A model generated the notes under the pieces. It saw only the letters and a program-made list of their open reading frames with translations, made no database searches and was not told the DNA's origin. From the NCBI GenBank assembly GCA_963702895.1, contig OY969767.1, positions 1,024,001 to 1,088,000 on the forward strand: 64,000 nt of DNA. Reading direction: 5' to 3'. Positions 1 through 9,596 of this stretch are shown piece by piece (position 1 is the first letter of the stretch; the number at the start of each line of letters is the position of its first letter). A program made the position numbers and the translations under genes. The stretch comes from an uncultured Elusimicrobia bacterium (lineage in GTDB: Bacteria; Elusimicrobiota; Elusimicrobia; 2-01-FULL-59-12).

Positions 1-783
1 AAGGGCAGCATACGCGATCTTTCTTTGTTGCGCGAGCTGATGCAAGGAGTCGACTACGTCTTCCATCTTGCTGCGTTGTGGCTATTTGAATGCGTTCATC
101 AGCCTCGAGCTGCCGTTGAGGTAAATGTGTTGGGAACCTTCAATGTGATCGAGGCCGCTCAGCAAGCAGGAGTGAAAAAAATAATCTATTCATCTTCGGC
201 ATCGGTGTATGGTGATGCGATCACGATTCCCATGACTGAAGAACATCCATTCAATAACCGGACGATGTATGGAGCTACAAAAATCGCAGGAGAACAGTTT
301 TTTCGGGCTTTTTACGAACAACATCAGCTGAACTATATTGGCTTGCGTTACATGAACGTGTATGGACCTAGGATGGATTATCAAGGTGCTTATGTGAGCG
401 TGGTAATGAAAGTGCTCGATCGAATTGCGGAGGGGCAACCCCCTGTCATCTTTGGTGATGGCTCGCAAGCGTATGATTTTATTCATGTGTACGATGTCGC
501 GCGTGCCAATGTCCTGGCTCTCAAGAGCGATGTCACGGACGATGTATTTAATGTTGGAATGGGGGTGAAGACGACCATTAACGAACTCGTGCTTCATCTT
601 CTTTCACTGACCCAATCGTCGCTGAAGCCGGAGTACAAGCCCCAGGAACAGATGTTCGTGACGAACCGTCTTGGCAGCACTATAAAAGCAGAGCAGCGAC
701 TCGGTTTCCGACCCACTATTTCGCTGGAGGCGGGATTGCGCAGTGTCGTAGATTGGCGGCGGTCCCGCAGTGCCATAAAATAA
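1..783 (+). CDS. NAD-dependent epimerase/dehydratase (extended SDR), 5'-truncated by window edge
   Basis: Frame open from base 1 (KGSIRDL...); VFHLAA, YSSSASVYG, YGATK (YxxxK), LRYMNVYGP and DFIHVYDVARA motifs. Confidence 0.9.
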   Translation, partial: KGSIRDLSLLRELMQGVDYVFHLAALWLFECVHQPRAAVEVNVLGTFNVIEAAQQAGVKKIIYSSSASVYGDAITIPMTEEHPFNNRTMYGATKIAGEQFFRAFYEQHQLNYIGLRYMNVYGPRMDYQGAYVSVVMKVLDRIAEGQPPVIFGDGSQAYDFIHVYDVARANVLALKSDVTDDVFNVGMGVKTTINELVLHLLSLTQSSLKPEYKPQEQMFVTNRLGSTIKAEQRLGFRPTISLEAGLRSVVDWRRSRSAIK

Positions 784-788
784 TCGCG

Positions 789-1955
789 ATGATTCCGATT
801 ACGAAGACTGTCTTTGGTCCTGAAGAAGCTAAAGCCATTCAAGACGTCTTGTCGAGCGGCTGGGTTGTTCAGGGGCCCAGCGTTCGTCGTTTCGAAGAGA
901 GATTTGCAGCTTTTACGCAAGCTCCCTATACAATCGCGGCAAGTTCGTGCACGACCGCGCTGCATATGGCAGTAGCGGCTTTGGGCCTCAAGGCCGGTGA
1001 AGAGGTTATTGTTCCTGCCTTTACGTGGATTGCCACCCCGAATGTTGTGGAATATATGGGCGCGCGTCCAGTTTTTTGTGACATCGATCTCGAGACCTTC
1101 AATATCGATGTCAGCCAAATCTCCTCATTAGTGACGCCCCGCACTGTGGGCATCATCCCGGTCCATTTGTTCGGGCTTTGCGCTGATATGCCCTCTCTTA
1201 TGGAGATTGCCAAGAAACACCATCTTTGGGTTGTGGAGGATGCTGCCTGCGGCTTTGGTGCACGCGTAAAGGGAGTTCACGCGGGGCTCTGGGGTGATCT
1301 CGGGTGTTTCAGCTTTCATCCTCGAAAGTCGATTACCACAGGGGAGGGCGGGATGGTGACCACGCGACATGCCAAATGGGATCGATTGATCCGTTCCTTG
1401 CGTGATCATGGGGCTTCAGTGTCCGATATAGCGCGCCACCAAAACAAGACTAGCTTCCTCCTAGCCGACTATGAGCAGCTCGGCTACAACTATCGCATGA
1501 CGGATCTCCAGGCCGCCATTGGCTGCGTCCAGATGGATCGTGCGCCGTTTCTCTTACAGCAAAGGGCGCTCCGGGCCCGGGACTACGACCGAGCCTTGGC
1601 GGGCCTTCCATGGTACCGCATACCCAAAACGCCAACGGGTTTCGTGCATGGGTATCAAGCTTACGTTGGCTTGTTCCAGCCGGAACATCCCTCCATCAAG
1701 AATGTGGGGATGATGCATGATCGCCGAAATCGTCTCATGGCGGATATGGAAAGCAAAGGTATCATGACTCGGCAAGGGACCCATGCTCCGGTTCTGCTGG
1801 GATACTATCGAGACAAATATGGATATCGTCCCGAAGATTACCCCCGTGCCTATTTTGCCGATAGGCTGAGTTTGACGCTGCCGTTGTATCCACAAATGGG
1901 GCAGACAGACGTACAGCACGTTTGCAGAGAGCTTCATGGAGCGTGGAATGCGTAG
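789..1955 (+). CDS. DegT/DnrJ/EryC1/StrS PLP-dependent sugar aminotransferase
   Basis: SSCTTALH, IIPVHLFG, VVEDAAC, FSFHPRKSITTGEGG (PLP Lys) and LSLTLPLYP motifs; start set at ATG 789 (MIPITK). Confidence 0.93.
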   Translation: MIPITKTVFGPEEAKAIQDVLSSGWVVQGPSVRRFEERFAAFTQAPYTIAASSCTTALHMAVAALGLKAGEEVIVPAFTWIATPNVVEYMGARPVFCDIDLETFNIDVSQISSLVTPRTVGIIPVHLFGLCADMPSLMEIAKKHHLWVVEDAACGFGARVKGVHAGLWGDLGCFSFHPRKSITTGEGGMVTTRHAKWDRLIRSLRDHGASVSDIARHQNKTSFLLADYEQLGYNYRMTDLQAAIGCVQMDRAPFLLQQRALRARDYDRALAGLPWYRIPKTPTGFVHGYQAYVGLFQPEHPSIKNVGMMHDRRNRLMADMESKGIMTRQGTHAPVLLGYYRDKYGYRPEDYPRAYFADRLSLTLPLYPQMGQTDVQHVCRELHGAWNA

Positions 1956-3000
1956 GTTTCTTTTGGATTTCCTGGTTGATCCTGTAGAGAAAAGCTGCTT
2001 CTCTCTTGAGAGGAAGCGCATCGAAGGCGATGAATTGGAAGAAGGATCTCTACGATCCCCCCGTCGCACTTTCCTCATTCGTAACGGCATACCTCGTTTT
2101 GCCCAGTCAAATGATGACCGGCAGAAGCAAACGGAAATCAGTTTTGGGTACAAATGGTCCCAGCTTGCCTCCTATGATTCCCCCCACATGCGTGCTATAT
2201 CTCAAAAATGGCTCATCGAGCGCTATGGCTTCAAAAGCATCGACGAAATCCGGAACTATTTCTCTAAGTGCACGCGTGTATTAGATGCCGGATGTGGAAG
2301 TGGGTTTAGCGCTTCCTTATGGATGGATCCCAATTGGCGTGGCAAAGGACACGCCGAATGGATCGGTGTGGATATTTCAAGCGCGATAGATGTAGCGCGC
2401 CAGCGGCTTGGGGCCATTCCTGGCACCTCCTTTATTCAGGCCGATATCTTGGATCTTCCCTTCGAAGAGCATGCTATCGACACGATCATTTCGGAAGGTG
2501 CGCTCCACCATACACCATCTACAGAGAAGGCGTTCCAATCACTGCTTCGCATCTTGTCGCCGGGTGGCGAAATTCTTTTTTATGTCTATCGGAAGAAGGG
2601 TCCTATTCGTGAGTTTACCGATGATTACATTCGAAACCTCATTGCTTCGTTGGAGCCTGAGCAAGCGTGGGAGCGTCTTCGGCCACTAACAAGATTGGGT
2701 CAAGCTCTCGCTTCTATGAAAGCGGTTGTCCGGGTAGAAGATGACGTTCCTGATTTGGGAATCCACGCGGGGGTTTATGATATTCAGCGCTTTCTCTATT
2801 GGAACTTCGCGAAGCTTTTTTGGAATGAAGCATTTAGCTTCGATGAAAACCATCATGTGAATTTTGATTGGTACCATCCTTCTTATGCGCATCGCCATAC
2901 TGAAGAGGAAGTGCGCCGTTGGTGTCGAGAAGCTGGTCTGTCTATTGTGCACTTTGATGCTCAGGAAAGTGGTTTTACGGTGCGGGCCAGGTCCAGCTAG
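1948..3000 (+). CDS. Class I SAM-dependent methyltransferase with Trm112-like N-terminus
   Basis: VLDAGCGSG motif I, GVDIS, QADILDLPF, GALHHT; N-terminal LLDFLVDP...IRNGIPRF segment; ATG 1948 overlaps the upstream gene end. Confidence 0.85.
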   Translation: MRRFLLDFLVDPVEKSCFSLERKRIEGDELEEGSLRSPRRTFLIRNGIPRFAQSNDDRQKQTEISFGYKWSQLASYDSPHMRAISQKWLIERYGFKSIDEIRNYFSKCTRVLDAGCGSGFSASLWMDPNWRGKGHAEWIGVDISSAIDVARQRLGAIPGTSFIQADILDLPFEEHAIDTIISEGALHHTPSTEKAFQSLLRILSPGGEILFYVYRKKGPIREFTDDYIRNLIASLEPEQAWERLRPLTRLGQALASMKAVVRVEDDVPDLGIHAGVYDIQRFLYWNFAKLFWNEAFSFDENHHVNFDWYHPSYAHRHTEEEVRRWCREAGLSIVHFDAQESGFTVRARSS

Positions 3001-3003
3001 ACC

Positions 3004-4890
3004 ATGTGCGGGTTAGTCGGATATATCGATACCCATCAAAACCAACGCGACGATCAGCTCATCGAGCGCATGATGGGCACAATCTCTTACCGTGGACCAG
3101 ATCATCAAGGTGTATACCGCGAAGGTCCGCTTTCCTTTGGCCATTGCCGCTTGTCTATTCTCGATCTCTCGCCTGCAGGGCATCAACCAATGATCAGCCC
3201 ATCGAAAGAGGTTGTCCTCATTTATAACGGGGAAGTCTATAACTTCCGTGAACTTCGTAAGGAGCTTGAGACGGCCGGTATTGTGTTCCGTTCTAAGAGT
3301 GATACTGAGGTAATCCTTCAAGCGTATTTGTTCTGGGGAGAAGCGTGTGTCCATCGATTTAATGGAATGTTCGCTTTTGTGTTGTGGGACAGGCGGCATC
3401 AGAAGCTCTTTATCGCGCGCGATCGGTATGGGATCAAGCCCTTGTACTGGTATTACCAAGAAGGGCTCTTGCTGTTTGCATCAGAGGTCAAAGCCATTTT
3501 GAAGCACCCGGAGGTTCGGCGAGAGATCTCACCGTACGCTCTTGATGAATACTTCTCATTCCAAAACATTTTCACTGACCTCACGCTCTTTGAGGGTGTG
3601 CGGCTGTTGCCTCCGGGGTCGTTTCTGACCTTTCATCCTGATGCTAAGGAGGGACCCAAGATCTCGCGTTACTGGGATTATCCTTTTTCGGCAGATCGAC
3701 TCAAACTCTCAGAAGAAGAGGCCACAGAGGAACTCTATTCCCTCTTTGTCCGCGCGGTCAACAGGCAACTTGTCAGTGATGTCCCCATCGGAGCCTACCT
3801 CAGCGGTGGTATGGATTCCGGATCGCTTGTGGCGGTTGCCCGTCCGAATCTTGGCCGCTTAACAACCTTTACAGGGGGGTTTGATCTTTCATCAGCGTCG
3901 GGTCTTGAGCTTGGGTTTGATGAGCGCGGAGCTGCTGAGGTATTGGCCAATTCCCTCAAAACAGAGCACTATGAAATGGTCATGCATGCGGGCGACATGG
4001 AAGCAGTATTGCCCGAATTGATCTGGCATCTTGAGGATTTGCGAGTCGGGCAATGTTATCCCAATTACTATGTGGCACGTCTAGCAGGTAAATTTGTCAA
4101 AGTGGTCTTGTCGGGGGTTGGCGGGGATGAGCTCTTCGGGGGGTATCCTTGGCGGTATTACGATGGTTTGAAGAGTCGCAATGGAAATGAATTTCTTGAA
4201 AGTTATTACGCCTTTTGGCAAAGACTGGTGACCGACGAAGAAAAGCCACTACTTTTCAATGCCCCAGTACGCAATGCCCTCAAAGGTCGTTCTACCTTTG
4301 ATATTTTCCGCGGGGTGTTTGAGGAAACGTCTCTCCCTCTTCAGTCGTCAGAGGACTTTGTGAATGCATCGCTATATTTTGAATTGAAAACATTCTTGCA
4401 CGGTTTGTTGGTCGTTGAAGATAAAGTCAGCATGGCTCATTCTTTGGAAACGCGTGTTCCATTTCTTGATAACGATCTTGTGGATTTCGCTTGTCGTCTT
4501 CCTGTCAAGTATAAACTGAAAAGCTCTGCCAATGCATTGGAGAGCGTCGATGAAGATGACCTATGCAAGTATGACCCTGCTGGACTTCGAATGAGCTCGG
4601 GCAAAGCAGTGCTTCGCAAAGCAATGGAACGACTCATCCCAAAGCAGGTCACAAGCCGGGCGAAACAGGGATTTAGTGCACCGGATGCGAGCTGGTTTCG
4701 CGGGGAAAGCATTGATTATGTGAACCGATTGTTGCGCGATCGAAAAGCTAGAATCTATACGTACCTCGAGCCCGCCTATGTCACACAACGTCTAGATGAG
4801 CATACATCGGGTCGATCGAACAACCGCCTGTTTATCTGGTCTTTGGTCAGCTTTGAGTGGTGGCTCCGTCAATTTATGGAATCGAGCTAG
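3004..4890 (+). CDS. asnB: Asparagine synthase (glutamine-hydrolysing)-like glycan amidotransferase
   Basis: MCG N-terminal Cys, RGPD, GHCRLSILD, YNGEVYN, SDTEV, ARDRYGIKPLY, LSGGMDS, GGDELFGGY, ETRVPFLD. Confidence 0.93.
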   Translation: MCGLVGYIDTHQNQRDDQLIERMMGTISYRGPDHQGVYREGPLSFGHCRLSILDLSPAGHQPMISPSKEVVLIYNGEVYNFRELRKELETAGIVFRSKSDTEVILQAYLFWGEACVHRFNGMFAFVLWDRRHQKLFIARDRYGIKPLYWYYQEGLLLFASEVKAILKHPEVRREISPYALDEYFSFQNIFTDLTLFEGVRLLPPGSFLTFHPDAKEGPKISRYWDYPFSADRLKLSEEEATEELYSLFVRAVNRQLVSDVPIGAYLSGGMDSGSLVAVARPNLGRLTTFTGGFDLSSASGLELGFDERGAAEVLANSLKTEHYEMVMHAGDMEAVLPELIWHLEDLRVGQCYPNYYVARLAGKFVKVVLSGVGGDELFGGYPWRYYDGLKSRNGNEFLESYYAFWQRLVTDEEKPLLFNAPVRNALKGRSTFDIFRGVFEETSLPLQSSEDFVNASLYFELKTFLHGLLVVEDKVSMAHSLETRVPFLDNDLVDFACRLPVKYKLKSSANALESVDEDDLCKYDPAGLRMSSGKAVLRKAMERLIPKQVTSRAKQGFSAPDASWFRGESIDYVNRLLRDRKARIYTYLEPAYVTQRLDEHTSGRSNNRLFIWSLVSFEWWLRQFMESS

Positions 4891-4899
4891 AGAACTCGC

Positions 4900-5874
4900 A
4901 TGCGTATCTTCTATCTGGGTGCTTCGGATATTGGTTGGGAGTGTTGCCGCATGCTCCTCGAAAGCGATTTCGAGATTGTCGGAATTCTTTCGATCCCACA
5001 GGAGTTCCGGATCAGCTGGTCTTCAATACCGGTTGTGAATGTTCGTTATAAGGGATTTGAGGACCTCGCCAAAACGAACGAGGTCCCCCTTTTTTACATG
5101 ATGACCAAGATGTCCGATCCTCTTATCGAAGAGACCATACGACGGCTTGCCCCTGACCTGATTCTTGTAGTGGGCTGGTATTACATGGTCCCGCGAAGGA
5201 TCCGCCGTCTCGCGCCGTTCGGTGCGGTCGGCCTCCATACTTCTCTTTTGCCGCGTTTTCGAGGAGGCGCACCTCTTGTCTGGGCGATGATTAAGGGTGA
5301 ATCGCGTGCGGGCGTTAGCCTCTTTTATCTTGAAGATGGTGTCGATGAAGGTGATGTAATCACTCAACAGGATTTTCCGATTGCTTTTGAAGAGGACATT
5401 GCAGATATAATTCGGAAAGCACAGATCACTTCAGTCAATCTGATGCGGGAGTATCTCCCGCTCTTGGCAGAAGGAAAAGCGCCTCGCCTCAAGCAGGATC
5501 CGTCACAAGCCACCCTAATGCCACAACGGAAGCCTGAAGACGGAAACATCCGATGGCACACCCAGTCTGCCATCGATGTCTACAATTGGGTGCGAGCCCA
5601 AACCCGACCCTATCCGGGTGCGTTCACGCATCTCTTTCAAGAAAACCTAACCATTTGGAAATCAAGACTTTGTCAGCCCGACACCTCAGCTCATATGCCC
5701 GGATCAGTTGTGTCACCGCTTTCGTCCTCTATGTGCTCTTGGGGGGTTGGCTGCGCGGATGGGCGTCTTTTGGAGATCATCGAAGTCGGGCTGCCGAATG
5801 GTCAGACTATGAGCGGGCCCGACTATGCACGGTTGAAAGGCCTCCCGTCGCGTGGACACGTTTTCGTGTCATGA
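4900..5874 (+). CDS. Formyltransferase (Fmt/ArnA-like), probably a sugar N-formyltransferase
   Basis: LHTSLLPRFRGGAP (HxSLLPxxRG), GVDEGDV, C-terminal RAQTRPYPGAFT domain; glycan-cluster context. Confidence 0.85.
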   Translation: MRIFYLGASDIGWECCRMLLESDFEIVGILSIPQEFRISWSSIPVVNVRYKGFEDLAKTNEVPLFYMMTKMSDPLIEETIRRLAPDLILVVGWYYMVPRRIRRLAPFGAVGLHTSLLPRFRGGAPLVWAMIKGESRAGVSLFYLEDGVDEGDVITQQDFPIAFEEDIADIIRKAQITSVNLMREYLPLLAEGKAPRLKQDPSQATLMPQRKPEDGNIRWHTQSAIDVYNWVRAQTRPYPGAFTHLFQENLTIWKSRLCQPDTSAHMPGSVVSPLSSSMCSWGVGCADGRLLEIIEVGLPNGQTMSGPDYARLKGLPSRGHVFVS

Positions 5875-6488
5875 TCGTGGTGATCAATTATGGTATGGGT
5901 AATTCGGGCTCTGTTCTCAATATGCTCCAGAAAGTGGGAGCCCATGCTGTCGTGTCCTCCGATCCTCAGACGATCGAAAAAGCGGATAAGTTGGTGTTAC
6001 CGGGTGTCGGCGCCTTCGATCAAGGCATTCAGAACATAGAGGAGCTCCATCTTCGAGAACTGCTCAATCATCTGGTCTTGGAGAGAAAGGTCCCGATCCT
6101 TGGAATTTGCCTTGGCCTTCAGCTGTTCGCTCAGGGGAGCGAAGAAGGACATCGCTCCGGATTCGGTTGGATTGCGGCTCAAACTATCCGTTTTAGGGCT
6201 GATCGGTCTGTAGAGCCGTTACGCACGCCCCATATGGGATGGAACTCGGTCCTCACCCTTCGGCCACACAGCCTCTTTCGCGGCCTTGAGACGGAGAATC
6301 GGTTTTACTTTATTCACTCTTATCATCTAGTGTGCCATGATTCCGTGGGTGTGATTGGAAAGACTTCGTACGGGTACGAATTCGCTTCCGTCATTTGTCA
6401 CGAGAACATTATGGGGACACAATTTCATCCAGAAAAGAGCCATCGGTACGGCATGCAATTGATGAAGAACTTCATCCAGGCGTTCTGA
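5871..6488 (+). CDS. HisH-like class I glutamine amidotransferase subunit (glycan-associated paralog)
   Basis: NYGMGN, LPGVGAF, ILGICLGLQL, PHMGWN, FYFIHSY, QFHPEKS; real start ATG 5871. Confidence 0.9.
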   Translation: MIVVINYGMGNSGSVLNMLQKVGAHAVVSSDPQTIEKADKLVLPGVGAFDQGIQNIEELHLRELLNHLVLERKVPILGICLGLQLFAQGSEEGHRSGFGWIAAQTIRFRADRSVEPLRTPHMGWNSVLTLRPHSLFRGLETENRFYFIHSYHLVCHDSVGVIGKTSYGYEFASVICHENIMGTQFHPEKSHRYGMQLMKNFIQAF

Positions 6489-7258
6489 TGCTCCAGACAC
6501 GTGTCATACCTTGCCTCTTGCTCAAGGAGAGAGCGCTCGTGAAAACAGTGCAATTTGGATCTCCAAATTACATAGGAGATCCGATTAATGCCATAAGGAC
6601 TTTCAACGAAAAAGAGGTGGATGAATTGATTCTTTTGGACATTGGGGTGACGCCCCGTCACGAAGGGCCGCCCCTTGAGCTACTATCGGAAGTGACAAAT
6701 GAATGCTTTATGCCTCTCTGTTACGGAGGTGGCATTCGAAGTCTCGAGCAGGTCCAGCATATCCTTGCGCTTGGTGTCGAAAAAGTAGCCTTGAACACCA
6801 TTGCCACAGAAGATCCCTCGTTCGTCGAGAAGGTTGCCAGGAACTTTGGAAGTCAGAGCCTCGTTGTCTCGATTGACGCTCGAAAGTCTACCAAGGGATA
6901 TTCTGTATACACGAACGGTGGGACACGCCCGACCGGGGAAGAGGTGTCCGTTTATGCGCGTAAGATGGAGTCGCTTGGGGCAGGCGAGTTGCTGCTAACG
7001 TCGATCGACATGGATGGCACTATGAAAGGCTTCGATGTACCCTTGGTTCAGACAGTGATGTCCAGTGTACGTATTCCCGTGATTGTCTGCGGTGGTGCCG
7101 GTCATCTCAGCGATATCAAATCTGTCGTCCACGAGGGGAAAGCCTCTGCTGTTGCCTTAGGGAGTATGGCTGTCTACCACGGCCGGAGTCGGGCTGTGCT
7201 CATTGGCTTTCCTAGCCGTGCTGATTTGATGCGTGTTCTTCAAGGAGCGCCATCGTGA
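6488..7258 (+). CDS. HisF-like (HisF2/AglZ/WbuZ-type) acetamidino-modification protein
   Basis: RVIPCLLL, GDPINA, DELILLDI, FMPLCYGGGI, GELLLTSIDMDGT; Leu replaces the catalytic Asp of canonical RIIPCLD. Confidence 0.85.
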   Translation: MLQTRVIPCLLLKERALVKTVQFGSPNYIGDPINAIRTFNEKEVDELILLDIGVTPRHEGPPLELLSEVTNECFMPLCYGGGIRSLEQVQHILALGVEKVALNTIATEDPSFVEKVARNFGSQSLVVSIDARKSTKGYSVYTNGGTRPTGEEVSVYARKMESLGAGELLLTSIDMDGTMKGFDVPLVQTVMSSVRIPVIVCGGAGHLSDIKSVVHEGKASAVALGSMAVYHGRSRAVLIGFPSRADLMRVLQGAPS

Positions 7259-8403
7259 AACGATGCAGTCGCTGCCTTTATGACGGATCGATTGCAGGTA
7301 TCACTTTCGACGCTCAAGGGGTTTGCAATTATTGTGATATTCACGATGCGATGGAACTTGAGTATCCAACAGGCGCAGAAGGCGAGCGCCGGCTGCGTCA
7401 GATTACGGATGAAATCCGTGCTTCAGGAAAAGGGAAGGAATTTGACGTAATTGTTGGTATCAGTGGCGGATGCGATTCCTCTTATACGCTCTATTTGGCG
7501 AAACACTACGGGTTACGTCCCCTCGCTGTCCATTTTGATAATACCTGGGACTCGACCATTGCGGTAGAAAATATCTCCACCATGCTGCGGCATCTCGATA
7601 TCCCCTTGCAGACCTATGTGGTCGATCACAAGGAATTCGATGATATATACAAATCCTTTCTGAAGGCTGGTGTACCGGATTTAGAAGCTCCTACGGATTT
7701 AGGGCTTGCCACAACGATTTACCGAGCAGCCGAACAGCATGGTATTCGCTACATTTTCGAAGGGCATTCCTTTAGGACGGAAGGTATTTCCCCCCTCAGC
7801 TGGCTCTACTTTGACGGCAAGTACATCGAAAGCGTTCAAAAACAGTTCGGAACATATCCACTTAAGACTTTTCCCAATCTGTGGTTATGGGACTTTCTTA
7901 AGTGGGTCTCCATTCGAGGGATTAAGAAACTGAGGCCCCTTTATTATCTGAATTACATCAAAGCCGATGCCATCCGTTTGTTGAGTGAAAAGTATGGGTG
8001 GCGATGGTACGGAGGCCATCATCTTGAAAATCGGTTTACCGCTTTTTATCATAGCTACTTTCTTCCACGGCGCTTTGGGTTCGATGGCCGTCTGCTTGGG
8101 TATTCAGCACTTATCCGCTCAGGTCAAATCAGTCGTGAAGAAGGCATCAAGCTCATCAAAGATCCCTATCATAGCGAGGAGGAGCTTCTTGCGATGGTCA
8201 AGAAGAGATTGGGATTCGACAATAGCGAATTTGAGCGTTTGATGGCATTGCCTAAACGCTCATATCATGAGTTCAAAACATATAAAAAGACTTTTGAACG
8301 AATGAAATGGATATTCTGGTTTCTCTATAAAATGAATCGTGTTCCTAAGAGTTTTTACATCAAATATACATCTCCCGATTTCCCGCTAACTCCTCGATGT
8401 TAG
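7255..8403 (+). CDS. N-acetyl sugar amidotransferase (WbuX/WbpG/PseA-like)
   Basis: N-terminal CxxC...CNYC, PP-loop VGISGGCDSSY, LAVHFDNTW, YGGHHLE; adjacent to hisH/hisF-like genes. Confidence 0.88.
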   Translation: MKRCSRCLYDGSIAGITFDAQGVCNYCDIHDAMELEYPTGAEGERRLRQITDEIRASGKGKEFDVIVGISGGCDSSYTLYLAKHYGLRPLAVHFDNTWDSTIAVENISTMLRHLDIPLQTYVVDHKEFDDIYKSFLKAGVPDLEAPTDLGLATTIYRAAEQHGIRYIFEGHSFRTEGISPLSWLYFDGKYIESVQKQFGTYPLKTFPNLWLWDFLKWVSIRGIKKLRPLYYLNYIKADAIRLLSEKYGWRWYGGHHLENRFTAFYHSYFLPRRFGFDGRLLGYSALIRSGQISREEGIKLIKDPYHSEEELLAMVKKRLGFDNSEFERLMALPKRSYHEFKTYKKTFERMKWIFWFLYKMNRVPKSFYIKYTSPDFPLTPRC

Positions 8404-9575
8404 GCCAATCGGGTCTTCTTTTCTTCACGCTACAAAAACTCTTGCTCTTAATCTCCTATCAAGTATTCTGCAGGATCCCGTTTAGGAAGAAAGACTTTAC
8501 ATGGGTTGTCGGGGTCGACGAAATATGCGCTAATATCAGCTCGATTTCACAGGTCCTCGCAGGATCCTTTTCAGTCTCACTTTCCAAGAATCGATACTAC
8601 GAACTCCAATATGGGTTCGCTGGGCTCAATACTTCATCAATGCTTCTAAACTATATTTATCGTGTGTTGGTTGGTCCCATCCTGCTAGCTTATCTTACAA
8701 CTTGTACGGAAGGGTTCATCTATATATGGTCTACCGGATTCTTGCTTAGCGATATCGACCAACGTGATTTTGAGTTTCGCTTTATCAAGAATCATGGTAA
8801 GAAGATCGTATGTTATTTTGTTGGAAGTGACATTCGCTCTCCGAAATTATCCAAAGACTTTGCCCTGCGTCACAATCTGGAAGTTATTGCTCACTATTAC
8901 GATCTGGCTGACCGAGCCAGTGAATCGCAGACATACGAAACACGAAAGCGCATGCTTGCCCACACCGCGGACCAAAATGCCGACATCATATTCAATGCGC
9001 CTGTAGACCAAATGAGTTACCTGACACGAAAGGTTTCTCCATTTCTCTATTTCTATCCCGATGACAGATTTCTACGCAATGACAAGAAGTTTACGGCATA
9101 TGAACGGTTGAAGATTGTGCATGCGCCCTCTTCACCCAGTATTAAAGGCACTCCCCTGGTCCGTTCGGCGATTCACAGACTTCGCCATGAGCGATATGTC
9201 TTCGATTATGTCGAACTTATTGGGGTCAGCAATAAGGCCGTTCTTCAAGAGCTTCGCGATGCTCATATTGTCTTGAACGAATTCTACTCCTTACTGCCTG
9301 GTTTATTTGGTGTTGAGGCGATGGCTTCCCATTGCGCTCTCATCACATCTGCCGATGAAAGGTTGGAACCTTCCCTACAGTCCGGATCCAATCAAGCTTG
9401 GCTGGTGACCAGACCTTTCGAAATCTACGACAACCTGAAATCTCTTCTAGACCATAAAGATCGAATAAAACCCTTAGCCGATTCAGGGTTTGCGTGGGCC
9501 ATGGAGAATGCCGCAATGACAGTGACAGGGAAAAAGTTAGTAGGCATTCTAAACAGTATTTCTCAGCGGAATTGA
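8397..9575 (+). CDS. Putative glycosyltransferase (GT-B-like), uncharacterised
   Basis: 392-aa ORF overlapping the upstream gene end; GSDIR, IVHAPSS..IKGT and GVEAMA motifs typical of divergent GT4-like proteins. Confidence 0.6.
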   Translation: MLGQSGLLFFTLQKLLLLISYQVFCRIPFRKKDFTWVVGVDEICANISSISQVLAGSFSVSLSKNRYYELQYGFAGLNTSSMLLNYIYRVLVGPILLAYLTTCTEGFIYIWSTGFLLSDIDQRDFEFRFIKNHGKKIVCYFVGSDIRSPKLSKDFALRHNLEVIAHYYDLADRASESQTYETRKRMLAHTADQNADIIFNAPVDQMSYLTRKVSPFLYFYPDDRFLRNDKKFTAYERLKIVHAPSSPSIKGTPLVRSAIHRLRHERYVFDYVELIGVSNKAVLQELRDAHIVLNEFYSLLPGLFGVEAMASHCALITSADERLEPSLQSGSNQAWLVTRPFEIYDNLKSLLDHKDRIKPLADSGFAWAMENAAMTVTGKKLVGILNSISQRN

Positions 9576-9596
9576 TCGCAGAAGGATGGTGCCCCC

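Noticed and set aside
4900..5874. fmt (Met-tRNA formyltransferase)
   Set aside because: Lacks the FMGTP and VTQPD motifs of Fmt and sits in a glycan cluster
5871..7258. hisH/hisF as histidine biosynthesis genes
   Set aside because: The HisF paralog lacks the catalytic Asp and is coupled to a WbuX-type amidotransferase; no other his genes nearby
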